From an uncultured Planctomycetales bacterium (GTDB lineage: Bacteria > Planctomycetota > Phycisphaerae > UBA1845 > G020352895), in contig CAZNDQ010000001.1 in NCBI GenBank assembly GCA_964571825.1, forward strand, positions 5,540 through 69,539: a stretch of DNA of 64,000 bases, given 5' to 3'. Positions 8,188-16,529 of the stretch are shown one piece after another. A program made the translations under genes and the position numbers. Numbering within the stretch: the first letter of the stretch is position 1; every line of letters starts with the position of its first letter. Below the pieces are notes generated by a model, which ran no database searches, had not been told where the DNA came from, and saw only the letters and a list, made by a program, of their open reading frames with translations.

Positions 8188-8520
8188 GTGCCCTACGCTG
8201 ACGGAACGTGCCGCTCGTGTGGAGACGAGCCCGAGCCGGGGCGCACCCGCTGTGCCCGCTGTGCCGCGCGCCGTCGCCGCGATGCCGCTGCGCTCCGTGC
8301 CGCAAGGCGCCGCGCCGGGCTGTGCCTGACGTGTGGCGCCAAGGCGGTGCGTGACCGCGCCTACTGCGCCGCGCATCTCGAGGCGTACCGCGCCCGCGCC
8401 CGTGGCGAGCCGGGGCTGTGCGTGACGTGTGGCGCCGCCACGGAGGGCGATGCGGTGCGGTGTGCGTATCACCAGGAGCTACGTCGCGAGGCCCAGCGGA
8501 GGCGGCGGGCGGCGGAGTGA
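8188..8520 (+). CDS. hypothetical protein with three CxxC..C..C repeats (zinc-ribbon-like)
   Basis: Repeated C(R/L/V)(S/T)CG...RCA(R/Y)(C/H) units. Confidence 0.45.
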   Translation: MPYADGTCRSCGDEPEPGRTRCARCAARRRRDAAALRAARRRAGLCLTCGAKAVRDRAYCAAHLEAYRARARGEPGLCVTCGAATEGDAVRCAYHQELRREAQRRRRAAE

Positions 8521-8551
8521 TGGGAATCGTCAGAAATCGACACGGCAGGGC

Positions 8552-8580
8552 TTGGCCTGGACCCATAGAAGCCTCATACT
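8552..8580 (+). promoter_or_regulatory. class I promoter P3 (TTGGCC-N17-CATACT), leaderless
   Basis: Same -10 and discriminator AGGGAC-ATG as P4. AAATCGAC box at 8534..8541. Confidence 0.5.
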
Positions 8581-8586
8581 AGGGAC

Positions 8587-8907
8587 ATGAACGAGACACG
8601 CACCACCATCCGCTGCAACGCCCACAAGCTCATCGACGCCATCTTCGCGAGCGCCACCGCGTGTCGCGCCTACGATCTGCAGAGCGGCTTCGTGGGCGTC
8701 GACTGCGATGCCTCGGTGGCTCGCTCCACGTACGAGAGCATGCGCCGGTCCGGCTGCAAGCCCGGGTTCCGCTACGAGCACGAGGCCAAGCCGTTGCGCG
8801 ACGGTGGTAGCCGCCCGCCGCGCTACGTCGTGCGGATCCACATGAGCCTGTGGTACGAAATCGAAGCTCCCGCGCCCGCAATGCTGCGCCAGCGAAGGGC
8901 GGCGTGA
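8587..8907 (+). CDS. hypothetical protein
   Basis: ATG 7 nt after the P3 -10. Starts MNET like the gene at 9172. Confidence 0.5.
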   Translation: MNETRTTIRCNAHKLIDAIFASATACRAYDLQSGFVGVDCDASVARSTYESMRRSGCKPGFRYEHEAKPLRDGGSRPPRYVVRIHMSLWYEIEAPAPAMLRQRRAA

Positions 8908-8910
8908 GCC

Positions 8911-9117
8911 GTGACCAGCGACACCACGGGCACACGCATCCGCGCCGCCAGGGAAGCCGCGGGGCTGACCCAGGCGGAGCTTGCGCGGCGTGCGGGCATG
9001 TCACGGGCGCAGCTGCACCAGCTGGAAACGGACTGGCGCGGACGGGTGCCCGATGTGCGGACTGTGCGCAAGTTGGCGGATGAATTGGGCGTTGCGTGGG
9101 CGGACCTGTATCCGTAG
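8911..9117 (+). CDS. XRE/Cro-like HTH protein
   Basis: RIRAAREAAGLTQAELARRAGMSRAQLHQLE is a classic HTH. GTG start. Confidence 0.65.
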   Translation: MTSDTTGTRIRAAREAAGLTQAELARRAGMSRAQLHQLETDWRGRVPDVRTVRKLADELGVAWADLYP

Positions 9118-9137
9118 AAAAATATGAGCGTGACCCC

Positions 9138-9165
9138 TTGCGTCGTGTATAGCCGTGGCTATACT
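9138..9165 (+). promoter_or_regulatory. class I promoter P4 (TTGCGT-N16-TATACT), leaderless
   Basis: -10 followed by AGGGAC-ATG, as in P3. Confidence 0.5.
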
Positions 9166-9171
9166 AGGGAC

Positions 9172-9678
9172 ATGAACGAGACGATGACCACCGCGTCGAC
9201 CTGGACCCACCCCTTCGAAGCCGCCGGCCTCGGCAAGGCGCCGTTCCGCTGCGTTGGTCGCGAGTCGTTCGCGGCAGGCGGCGGCGCTGGCCCCGGCGTG
9301 CGCGTCCTCGGCGAGACCAGCGATGGTGTACGCATCGAAACGTCGCCAGGCACCAGCTGCGACTACTGCGGCACGTACATCATCAACGCGTTCTGGATCC
9401 TCTCGTCCGACGCGCGCCGCTTCAAGGTCGGCTGTGACTGCGTCGCGAAGACCAAGGACGCCGCGCTGACGAAGCAGGTCAAGCGCCTCGTGTCGGAGGC
9501 TGCCGCGGCGAAGCGCAAGGCTCGCAACGCGGCACGGCGCGACGCGCGCCGCAACGGGCCGGCGAGTGCGGCGCAGATCGCGTACGCGCAGGAGCTTGGC
9601 GCGACGGCTGAGCAGGTGAGCGGCATCACGTTGGCGGACTGCTCGGCGCTGATCGACTCGCTGCGGAGGGTGTCGTGA
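9172..9678 (+). CDS. hypothetical protein
   Basis: ATG 7 nt after the P4 -10. 168 aa. Confidence 0.5.
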   Translation: MNETMTTASTWTHPFEAAGLGKAPFRCVGRESFAAGGGAGPGVRVLGETSDGVRIETSPGTSCDYCGTYIINAFWILSSDARRFKVGCDCVAKTKDAALTKQVKRLVSEAAAAKRKARNAARRDARRNGPASAAQIAYAQELGATAEQVSGITLADCSALIDSLRRVS

Positions 9679-10007
9679 CCCTGCGCGACGCAGCGGCGCG
9701 GCTCGTCAAGGCGATTGCCCGCGCCACCGAGGAGCATGGCTCGCCAAACCGGTTCTGGTTTCGCGAGTTGGAGCAATACGGTGGCCCGCCAGCGATGATC
9801 GCTGGTCGCGCGGCGCGACTCTACCGGGATCGCCTGTCTACCGAGGCGGACGCCTGGCTAGTGAACGGGGCGATTGAGGTTGGCGCCGTGATCTGCGGCG
9901 TGTGTGAGCATGAGTGGTGCGGCCCAGCCGACATGCCCAGCGGAGAACCGGCACCGTGCCCGAGGTGTGGCAACAAGTACGAGGATCATGTTGTCCGCGG
10001 CTCGTGA
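9675..10007 (+). CDS. hypothetical protein (C-terminal CxxC..CxxC)
   Basis: GTGA overlap with the upstream gene. Confidence 0.45.
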   Translation: MTLRDAAARLVKAIARATEEHGSPNRFWFRELEQYGGPPAMIAGRAARLYRDRLSTEADAWLVNGAIEVGAVICGVCEHEWCGPADMPSGEPAPCPRCGNKYEDHVVRGS

Positions 10008-10066
10008 CCACAAAAGCGAAAACGCCCCCGACCCGCAAGGGCCAGGGGCGTCGGGGTGATGTGATG

Positions 10067-10082
10067 GTGTCGTGCTACCTGC
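10067..10082 (+). promoter_or_regulatory. class II motif variant on + strand (GTGTCGTGCTACCTGC)
   Basis: First 11 nt are identical to the 17-mer. Co-oriented with the gene at 10097, which has a GAGG SD. Confidence 0.4.
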
Positions 10083-10096
10083 AGCAACGAGGCAAC

Positions 10097-10660
10097 ATGA
10101 TCTGTACCTGCGGCAACGAGACGGACCATGAGATCGCGCGCCGCGAGACGGCGGATGGCGTCACCGTCTACCTGTGGAGCGACGGTGCGGTCACGGGGCG
10201 CATGGGCTTCGCGCTGCGCGGCGTGACCCTGGTTCGCCCGAAGACCGCCGAGGCGATCCGTCGCGAGCGCGCTGCTGGTTGGATGCTAATGGGCGACGTG
10301 TGCCTGTACGACCTTGACGAGGTCGGCGCGCTCTACGACGCGTGCCGCTGGGCAGCGCGCCGCGGGCTCGGAGTCGCCGGGGCGCGGGAGCGATTGGTCA
10401 ACAGCAAGGGTCCACGCGTCACGCCTCACTGGGAGGTGTACCAGACGGACCGTGACGGCAACCCGCGTGTCCGCGTGTGGCGGCTGCCGCGCATTGCCTG
10501 GCATGGCCTTGCCGTGTGGGATGAGGTTGCGCCCGGGCACTCGCGCGGGCGCTACCTGGTGTGCACCGTGGACCGCGACGGCGTCGCGGAGTCCACCGGC
10601 ATGTACTTCTCCAACCTGCGCGACCTCGCGGCGTACCTGGACGAGGTTCGCGCGTCGTGA
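10097..10660 (+). CDS. hypothetical protein
   Basis: ATG at 10097 in ORF 9914..10660, downstream of the motif variant and a GAGG SD. Confidence 0.5.
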   Translation: MICTCGNETDHEIARRETADGVTVYLWSDGAVTGRMGFALRGVTLVRPKTAEAIRRERAAGWMLMGDVCLYDLDEVGALYDACRWAARRGLGVAGARERLVNSKGPRVTPHWEVYQTDRDGNPRVRVWRLPRIAWHGLAVWDEVAPGHSRGRYLVCTVDRDGVAESTGMYFSNLRDLAAYLDEVRAS

Positions 10661-10929
10661 CAACGGTCCGCCTACGCCTCGGTGCTCAGCAAGCCAGCGC
10701 GTTGCAGATCAACCTGACCGACCCGGCGCACGACGTCGACCGCGAGCCGTGGTGGCCCGTGGTGGAGCGCGACGCGCTGGTATTCGCCGACACGGACCGC
10801 GACCGCGTCGCATCGCTGCTCACCGACATGGCAAACAGCGAGGACGCGCAGCACGAGGCGACAGGTTGCCGATATGCCGCCGCGGCGCGGGATGCGCTGA
10901 CGCGGTTGGTGGCGCGATGTCGCGCCTAG
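10657..10929 (+). CDS. hypothetical protein
   Basis: GTG at 10657 overlaps the upstream stop. Last gene of the + block. Confidence 0.4.
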   Translation: MTTVRLRLGAQQASALQINLTDPAHDVDREPWWPVVERDALVFADTDRDRVASLLTDMANSEDAQHEATGCRYAAAARDALTRLVARCRA

Positions 10930-11438
10930 CAGCTCACGAAGCTGAACGGCGCGGCCACCGTCGTGCAGTGCCGCGCCGCGGCCTCCAGCGCCTTCTTGAC
11001 GCGCGTTCGCGCTCCCATGGTGGCAGGCAGCGCCGACAGCGCGCCGAGCGCGTAATCGCAGCCTGAGCCGCCTGCGTGGTAGCCACAGCCGACGCCGTGT
11101 ACGCCGAGCTTGCAGTCGACGTTGAAGATCTGCCCGCCCACGCCGATGAGCAGGTCCATGCCCGCTGGCTCGAGCCCCACGTCGCCGAACGCCGTGTCGA
11201 TCATCGGCACCACTTCGCCGAGCAGCCAGCGCCACGGGTCGCCTCCGCCGTAGCGCGCAACGTTGACGTGGCGGATCAGATTGTCGGCGCGGCACTCGCC
11301 AGCGTAGCCCCACACCGCGCCGCGCCGCGACCACACCTTGCGCTCGCTGCAGATCGTCGTGCTGACGCCCCACGACACGGCGGAGTCGGCACCGATGGTC
11401 ACGGTGCCGTTGTGTTCGACGGCTGCGATGCAAGTCAC
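10926..11438 (-). CDS. proteasome-β / HslV-like Ntn hydrolase
   Basis: GTG start then TCIAAVEHNGTVTIGADSA (Thr at position 2). Later AGGSGCDYALGAL and ALEAAARHC, co-linear with HslV as I recall it. Confidence 0.6.
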   Translation of the reverse strand: MTCIAAVEHNGTVTIGADSAVSWGVSTTICSERKVWSRRGAVWGYAGECRADNLIRHVNVARYGGGDPWRWLLGEVVPMIDTAFGDVGLEPAGMDLLIGVGGQIFNVDCKLGVHGVGCGYHAGGSGCDYALGALSALPATMGARTRVKKALEAAARHCTTVAAPFSFVSC

Positions 11439-11641
11439 GCGTTGCCCCCGGCGCCGCTGTACATGCTTCGCGTGTCGACGTAGCAGCGCAGGCAGACGAG
11501 CCACCAGTCGCCGCGTGGCGACGATGCGGTGTGCCACGCGTGGCCGCGTGCATCGGTGCACGGACCGACGCACCGGGCCGACTCGCTGTGCAGCAATCCG
11601 CAGGCGACGCAATCGGTTCCAGAATCGGCAGACTTGCTCAT
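11435..11641 (-). CDS. hypothetical Cys-rich protein
   Basis: Overlaps the downstream start by 4 nt. 68 aa. Confidence 0.4.
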   Translation of the reverse strand: MSKSADSGTDCVACGLLHSESARCVGPCTDARGHAWHTASSPRGDWWLVCLRCYVDTRSMYSGAGGNA

Positions 11642-11838
11642 GCGCACCTCGGCTGGTTACCTGCCCACCCGTACTTCGGAGATTCGATCGTTTCGCCACT
11701 GGCGTCGTAGTACTTGTACGACCCGGGCCATCCGGGCGCCCACGAATAGCAGCGCTTCTGACCGCACCGCTCGCACTTGTCGAAGCGTGCGTAGCCGTAC
11801 GTGTGCGTGGTCTGCCAGTTGTGCTCGGTCGTGATCAT
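11638..11838 (-). CDS. hypothetical protein (CxxC)
   Basis: 66-aa ORF tightly packed in the operon. Confidence 0.4.
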   Translation of the reverse strand: MITTEHNWQTTHTYGYARFDKCERCGQKRCYSWAPGWPGSYKYYDASGETIESPKYGWAGNQPRCA

Positions 11839-11841
11839 GGC

Positions 11842-12159
11842 TCACACCATCGACTGGTAGAGCCAGCCGAAGCCGGCGCAGAACAGGCTCAGCAGGATCG
11901 AGGTGACCAGCGGCGAAAGCGCCTTGGTCACCGCGTCATCGGCGTCGTCGTCCTTGGGCGGCTTCTGGAAAACCAGCATCGTCACCAGCGCGGAGATGCC
12001 GCACGCGTGCCAGAACCCGATCGCAGCCACACCAAGCGGCACGACGAACCAGCCCCACAGCAGCGAAAGCGACCAGCCGCGTGCAACCAGTGCCAACACC
12101 GTGCCCACGAACCACGCGGCCACGAGGCCGCATCCGACGACTTCACTCTTCTTCGCCAT
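11842..12159 (-). CDS. membrane protein (3-4 TM)
   Basis: ATG at 12159 preceded by GGAGGG. Several hydrophobic spans. Confidence 0.5.
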   Translation of the reverse strand: MAKKSEVVGCGLVAAWFVGTVLALVARGWSLSLLWGWFVVPLGVAAIGFWHACGISALVTMLVFQKPPKDDDADDAVTKALSPLVTSILLSLFCAGFGWLYQSMV

Positions 12160-12209
12160 GTTGTTCCCTCCGTCGCAGTATTCGCAGGCCCTGCGCGGCC
12201 GTTGTTCCG

Positions 12210-13298
12210 CTACGCCGCACCCCGCTGCGCTTCGACGACGACGCCCTCCACAACGCATCGCCTGTTGACGATCGGCACGCCGTGGAGATGTACGTCACCG
12301 CTCGGCGTCATGTAGCCCAAGCCGAAGCCGTGCTGATACTCACGCTGCGCCACCAGCTTGTTGCGGTAGTCGTGCGCCACGTCGTCGCGCGCCAGCCACC
12401 CGAAGCACGACGCCACGTGCTTGTCGCCGGTCGACGTGCCGAGGTACACCGTCTGCATGCGGTGAAGGTGGCCGATCACAACGTTGCAGCCGCCGTCGAC
12501 CAGAGCTTGCTGCGCCGCGTATTTGCCGTGCTTGCCGAGGTCGTGCGTGCAGTACAGCTTGCCGAGCCACACGCCATCGCCGTAGTCGCACCATTCCCAG
12601 CCGCGCTCGTCCAGCTGCAGAAGCGACGGGATGCTGACCATGCCGAACAGCTCCGGAGCGCGGTCCCACAGGTAGCGGCGCAGCCGGTCCTCGTGGTTGC
12701 CGAGCGTGATGATCTTTCGCTGCACGCCTGGGATCGCGTCTAGCTGGTCCAGCAGCTCACGACACACCGCGATCTCGCCCTCGAGCTGCCCGCGGCGTTG
12801 CGGGTGACGGCTGTGCGTAGACACTGTGTAGCAGTCCGCGAAGTCGCCGTTGTGCACGATGATGCTCGGCCGAAACACCTGTGCCGCGAGCAGCATCGTG
12901 TTCCACGCCGCCACGTCGTGATACGGCGCGTGCGTGTCCGGAATGAATAGGATGCGATGCAGCCACTCTGGCTGCGGCGCGTAGTTCTGCGGCAGATGCG
13001 CAACGCGCGGACGCGGCCCACTGGCAGCGAGCATGTCGCACCGCGGCGAGGCGGGCTCCGTGTCGTGACGAGTCCAGTCAACGTTGCCGTTTCGCACCGC
13101 GCTCGTTTCGTAACGTACGCTGCGCAACGTCGGCGGGTCACTCGTCGCACCGCGACTCGACAAGCCGCCACTTGGCGAACCGCAATGCCGCGCCCGCGCC
13201 CGCCGCGCCGTCGACTCGTTGACTCCGTACGCAACGGCAAGCTCGGCGTTGGACCGCGACCAGTCGGCGCGCGACCAGTCGATGCCGACGTTCCTCAC
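12210..13298 (-). CDS. metallophosphoesterase with N-terminal HTH-like region
   Basis: Motifs DTHAPYHD, GDFAD, GNHE and GHLH. GTG at 13298 overlaps the upstream stop (GTGA). Confidence 0.7.
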   Translation of the reverse strand: MRNVGIDWSRADWSRSNAELAVAYGVNESTARRARARHCGSPSGGLSSRGATSDPPTLRSVRYETSAVRNGNVDWTRHDTEPASPRCDMLAASGPRPRVAHLPQNYAPQPEWLHRILFIPDTHAPYHDVAAWNTMLLAAQVFRPSIIVHNGDFADCYTVSTHSRHPQRRGQLEGEIAVCRELLDQLDAIPGVQRKIITLGNHEDRLRRYLWDRAPELFGMVSIPSLLQLDERGWEWCDYGDGVWLGKLYCTHDLGKHGKYAAQQALVDGGCNVVIGHLHRMQTVYLGTSTGDKHVASCFGWLARDDVAHDYRNKLVAQREYQHGFGLGYMTPSGDVHLHGVPIVNRRCVVEGVVVEAQRGAA

Positions 13299-13672
13299 TG
13301 CGACACCCCGCGCGACATGAGCCGTTCTCGCAGGTCGCAGATGCGCATCCACACCGCGAAGCCCATTGCGGCGGTGCGTAGCGCATCGTCGGCAAGATCC
13401 GGGTCGATGTGGCGCACCTTGGTCCATTCCACGAAGCCCCATCCCGCAACGTCCAGCGCCTCCTCTGCCCACTCGTTGCAGATGTAGCCAGCCGGTAGCC
13501 GGAACGACTTGTCGCCGTAGTCGCGCTGCCCCTGCGCCATACGCGCCTCCAGCTGCGACATGAACGCGCCCCACTTGCCGCGCTTGTAGTAGCCGAGTTC
13601 GCCGACCTCGCCAGCAAGCGCCGTTGCGTAGGTGGGCCACGCCGCCAATGGTTCGCTGCTATCGCCGTCCAT
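13295..13672 (-). CDS. hypothetical protein
   Basis: ATG at 13672 preceded by GAGGAGGAG. Class II motif about 48 nt upstream. Confidence 0.5.
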   Translation of the reverse strand: MDGDSSEPLAAWPTYATALAGEVGELGYYKRGKWGAFMSQLEARMAQGQRDYGDKSFRLPAGYICNEWAEEALDVAGWGFVEWTKVRHIDPDLADDALRTAAMGFAVWMRICDLRERLMSRGVSQ

Positions 13673-13720
13673 CTGCTCCTCCTCGCTTGAGATGCGCCAG
13701 CAATCCAGCCATCTCGTCAC

Positions 13721-13737
13721 GCCGCATAGCACGACAC
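13721..13737 (-). promoter_or_regulatory. class II 17-mer GTGTCGTGCTATGCGGC
   Basis: 17/17 match. Upstream of the gene starting at 13672. Confidence 0.55.
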
Positions 13738-13849
13738 ATCGCGGCGATTAGTTCGCGCATGAACGGGTCGCGCAGGATCGTTCGCAGTTCATCGTCGCTC
13801 ATGTCCTCGCGTCGTGCTATGTTGTGGCCTGCAAAGGCCGCGCAGGGCC

Positions 13850-14173
13850 TCAAATGCTGCGACAATTGCCCAGCCTCTCCAGCTCGGCCGCCCGCACTCG
13901 CATCTCGTTCACGATCCACTGTCTCTCGCCGGCAAGTGCCGCGTCGCTGCGTTTCGGCCACTGCCGAATGCGCTCCTCGATCTGCGCGAACCGGTGCGCC
14001 ATGTCCATGCACCGCTTCGCCTTCGCCACGTCGAAGCACGGCAGCCGTGGCTCACTGAACCGGCGCGCCTGCACCGTGGCGCGCTCGGCAAGCTGCCGCG
14101 CGCTCATTGCGATCTGGCGCCAACCGAGCACGGATGGCGTCGGGCTGCTGTCGGGTGCGGCGGTCATAGGCAT
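13850..14173 (-). CDS. hypothetical protein
   Basis: High GC3 frame. The second ATG (14167) forms an ATGA overlap with a 33-aa upstream ORF. Confidence 0.45.
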   Translation of the reverse strand: MPMTAAPDSSPTPSVLGWRQIAMSARQLAERATVQARRFSEPRLPCFDVAKAKRCMDMAHRFAQIEERIRQWPKRSDAALAGERQWIVNEMRVRAAELERLGNCRSI

Positions 14174-14265
14174 GCCTCGGATCCGCTGCCGCTGCAGTCA
14201 CCGGTATGCGACAGGTGCGCCGGCACGAGCAGGTGGAGCGTCACGGTGTCGTTGTGGTCACACAT
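14164..14265 (-). CDS. possible 33-aa ORF (MCDHNDTVTLHLLVPAHLSHTGDCSGSGSEACL)
   Basis: GGTGAGG SD 5 nt upstream and a stop overlapping the next start. Below the ORF-track size cut-off. Confidence 0.3.
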   Translation of the reverse strand: MCDHNDTVTLHLLVPAHLSHTGDCSGSGSEACL

Positions 14266-14267
14266 CG

Positions 14268-15200
14268 CTACCTCACCAGCGGCAACCGCCGCGCCCAGTT
14301 CAGATCCAGATAGGCACCCTCGGCGCCATCACGAAACCCGACATGCCGATGCGACCCGCTCCGCTGCCACACCGCCCACGCTGGCCAGTACGCGGGCCAC
14401 GACGGCTCGTCCGCCGCGGTGTAGTGCGCCACCCATGGCGAGAACCGCTCCAGCCATTGCGGCCTGCCAAGCGTCACGTAGTGCGACGGCGACATGTACA
14501 CGAGGCAGTCGCCGTACTCGGTGGCGAGCACGTCGGCGATGCGCTCGCCCTTCGCGTTGTGCGCCGCGGCGTCAACGGGACCATCGGCGCCGCTGTCGTT
14601 GTACTCAAGATCCAGCGCCGGTACGATGTCGCCGGCTGCGATGTGCGCAAGGTCCATCTGCGCCTGGAACGACGCGAGTTGCGCATCGACGCTCTGTTGC
14701 TGCCGAAAGAACATGTACGCACCGACACGCAGCCCAGCGGCGCGCGCGTCGGCGATGTGTCGGGCGAAGTGGCGATCTGCCGACGTCCCGTAACACGCCC
14801 GCGCGATGCAGAACGCGTAGTCGCGCGCGAGCAGATCCCAGCGCAACAGCGACGGCGGCTGATGGTGCGAGATGTCGATGCCGGCAACGTCGTTCAATTC
14901 GGCTGAACTTTCGTGCGCGGCGGGCCCCGATATTCCAGATGGAATATTTTCATTCCGTTCGGAATAATTCACGTCAGCATCGTTGCCGTCAGGCGCGAAC
15001 CCTCGCTCAAAGTGCCATGCGATGACGGCGCGGTCTGTACCCTCGCCGTGGATGCCGTCAGCGCCGCCGCTCCCTGCGACCATGCGCGCCGGCTCGCCGC
15101 CCCACCGCAGCAGGTAGCGTTGCAGCACGGCGACGTCGGTGCCACGGTCGCCGCGCCTCGTGATACGCGGTGGTGTTTCGGCGTGGGCAGGGTTGGTCAT
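14268..15200 (-). CDS. endolysin: peptidoglycan-binding domain plus GH25 muramidase
   Basis: GDRGTDVAVLQRYL matches PG_binding_1-type repeats. GIDISHHQ...DLEYN matches GH25. ATGA overlap with the upstream gene. Confidence 0.8.
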   Translation of the reverse strand: MTNPAHAETPPRITRRGDRGTDVAVLQRYLLRWGGEPARMVAGSGGADGIHGEGTDRAVIAWHFERGFAPDGNDADVNYSERNENIPSGISGPAAHESSAELNDVAGIDISHHQPPSLLRWDLLARDYAFCIARACYGTSADRHFARHIADARAAGLRVGAYMFFRQQQSVDAQLASFQAQMDLAHIAAGDIVPALDLEYNDSGADGPVDAAAHNAKGERIADVLATEYGDCLVYMSPSHYVTLGRPQWLERFSPWVAHYTAADEPSWPAYWPAWAVWQRSGSHRHVGFRDGAEGAYLDLNWARRLPLVR

Positions 15201-16504
15201 GCTGCGTCTCCTGGGAAGAGCGACGCCTGCGCTTCGGGCTCCCACGCTACAATGCGTGCCTGTGCGATGGCGGCATAGTCCTCGTCTTGCTCAATGCCGA
15301 TGAACGAGAAGCCCTCCAGCTTCGCGGCTATGCCCGTGGTACCGCTGCCGCAGAATGGATCGAGGATCGTGCCGCCCGGTGGCGTGATGAGGCGGGCGAG
15401 CCAGGACATAAGAGACAACGGCTTGACGGTGCTGTGTTTGTTGGCGCGCCCGCTGCGCTCGTCGCGCGGTAGCTCTGCACAGCCACGCTCCCGTTCGCGC
15501 GTGGACGCTTTGGCGCAGTAGTAGAAGCGTGAGGCGCCACCGGTGTCACGGAAGCCGGGAAGCACAACCGACGACGACGACGACGACGACGACGACGCAT
15601 ATCCCATGCCGCGACCAGTGGTAGCGCCACGATTTAGTGTGCCGCCGGCAAATCCTGGACGCTCCCCACTCTGCTCGTCCAGCTCAGCGGCGGCGACCTC
15701 ATCCAACACCACATTCGCCGGCCATCGCCCGCCGGGGTGACACGTGATGCCCTCGCCCGGTGGCGCCGCGATCTTCTCCGTATCGGGCTGCGCAGTGTTG
15801 CCGCTGCGCTTCCACGATTCGGGTCGGTCCGGCTCGTTCCAGTCCGTCGCAATGCGGCACGCGTCGATGTTGATCGCGCCGGTGCCATGGGCGAGGACGT
15901 TGGCGGCAATGGTCTTCTCGGCGAGCGGCTTGCGACACAGCCACCAATCCTCTGCCGCGGGCTTCAGTGCAGTTCCCCACCCGGACCATTGTTGCGCCTC
16001 GGCACTGGATGGCGCAGTGACAGCTACGGCGATCGGTGGCGCAGTGCCCACGCCCACGCCGTAGCTGCCGCCCTTGTCCTTGCACGACACCGCGGCATTG
16101 CCGCCGAGTTTGCGCGACCCTACGACGCGCGGCTTTTCGCCGAGGTGCTTGTCAATCGCCTTAGGCACTGACAGGCTCTTCGGAAATCCTGAACCGAACA
16201 AATGCGTCACGCGATCTCTCACCTCAAAGCCGGAGTTCTCCAACGCCATGCCGGTCCAGTGCGAAGTGCGCGGCAGTGCCCACACCAGCGCGTGACCTCC
16301 CGGTTTCAGCACGCGCAGCGCCTCGCGCATCACCTCGGTGAGCCATGCAATCCACCGGTCGCGACCCCCCTTGTCGCTGTCCCACGACTCACACATGAAC
16401 GAGATGCCTGCCGGCGGATCTGTCACCACAGCATCAACGCTGCAGTCCGGCATGCCGCGCATCACCTCGATGCAGTCTCCAACGATGACGCGTTGCTCAC
16501 TCAT
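15197..16504 (-). CDS. DNA methyltransferase (β-class N4/N6, motif IV before motif I)
   Basis: VVTDPPAG near the N-terminus and ILDPFCGSGTTG near the C-terminus. Contains a 9-Ser run. Confidence 0.85.
   Translation of the reverse strand: MSEQRVIVGDCIEVMRGMPDCSVDAVVTDPPAGISFMCESWDSDKGGRDRWIAWLTEVMREALRVLKPGGHALVWALPRTSHWTGMALENSGFEVRDRVTHLFGSGFPKSLSVPKAIDKHLGEKPRVVGSRKLGGNAAVSCKDKGGSYGVGVGTAPPIAVAVTAPSSAEAQQWSGWGTALKPAAEDWWLCRKPLAEKTIAANVLAHGTGAINIDACRIATDWNEPDRPESWKRSGNTAQPDTEKIAAPPGEGITCHPGGRWPANVVLDEVAAAELDEQSGERPGFAGGTLNRGATTGRGMGYASSSSSSSSSVVLPGFRDTGGASRFYYCAKASTRERERGCAELPRDERSGRANKHSTVKPLSLMSWLARLITPPGGTILDPFCGSGTTGIAAKLEGFSFIGIEQDEDYAAIAQARIVAWEPEAQASLFPGDAA
15569..15597 (-). repeat. 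(TCG)9 trinucleotide repeat encoding Ser9 inside the methyltransferase
   Basis: Nine perfect CGA units on the + strand, read directly. Confidence 0.95.
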
Positions 16505-16511
16505 ACGCCGC

Positions 16512-16528
16512 GCCGCATAGCACGACAC
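16512..16528 (-). promoter_or_regulatory. class II 17-mer GTGTCGTGCTATGCGGC
   Basis: 17/17 match. ATG of the methyltransferase (16504) lies 9 nt after TATGCG. Confidence 0.6.
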
Positions 16529-16529
16529 A

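Noticed and set aside
10926-10929. The convergent stop-stop overlaps (CTAG here, CTAA at 28506..28509) as a functional signal.
   Set aside because: They are probably a by-product of tight packing. No hairpin or terminator accompanies either overlap, so nothing beyond the overlap itself can be supported.
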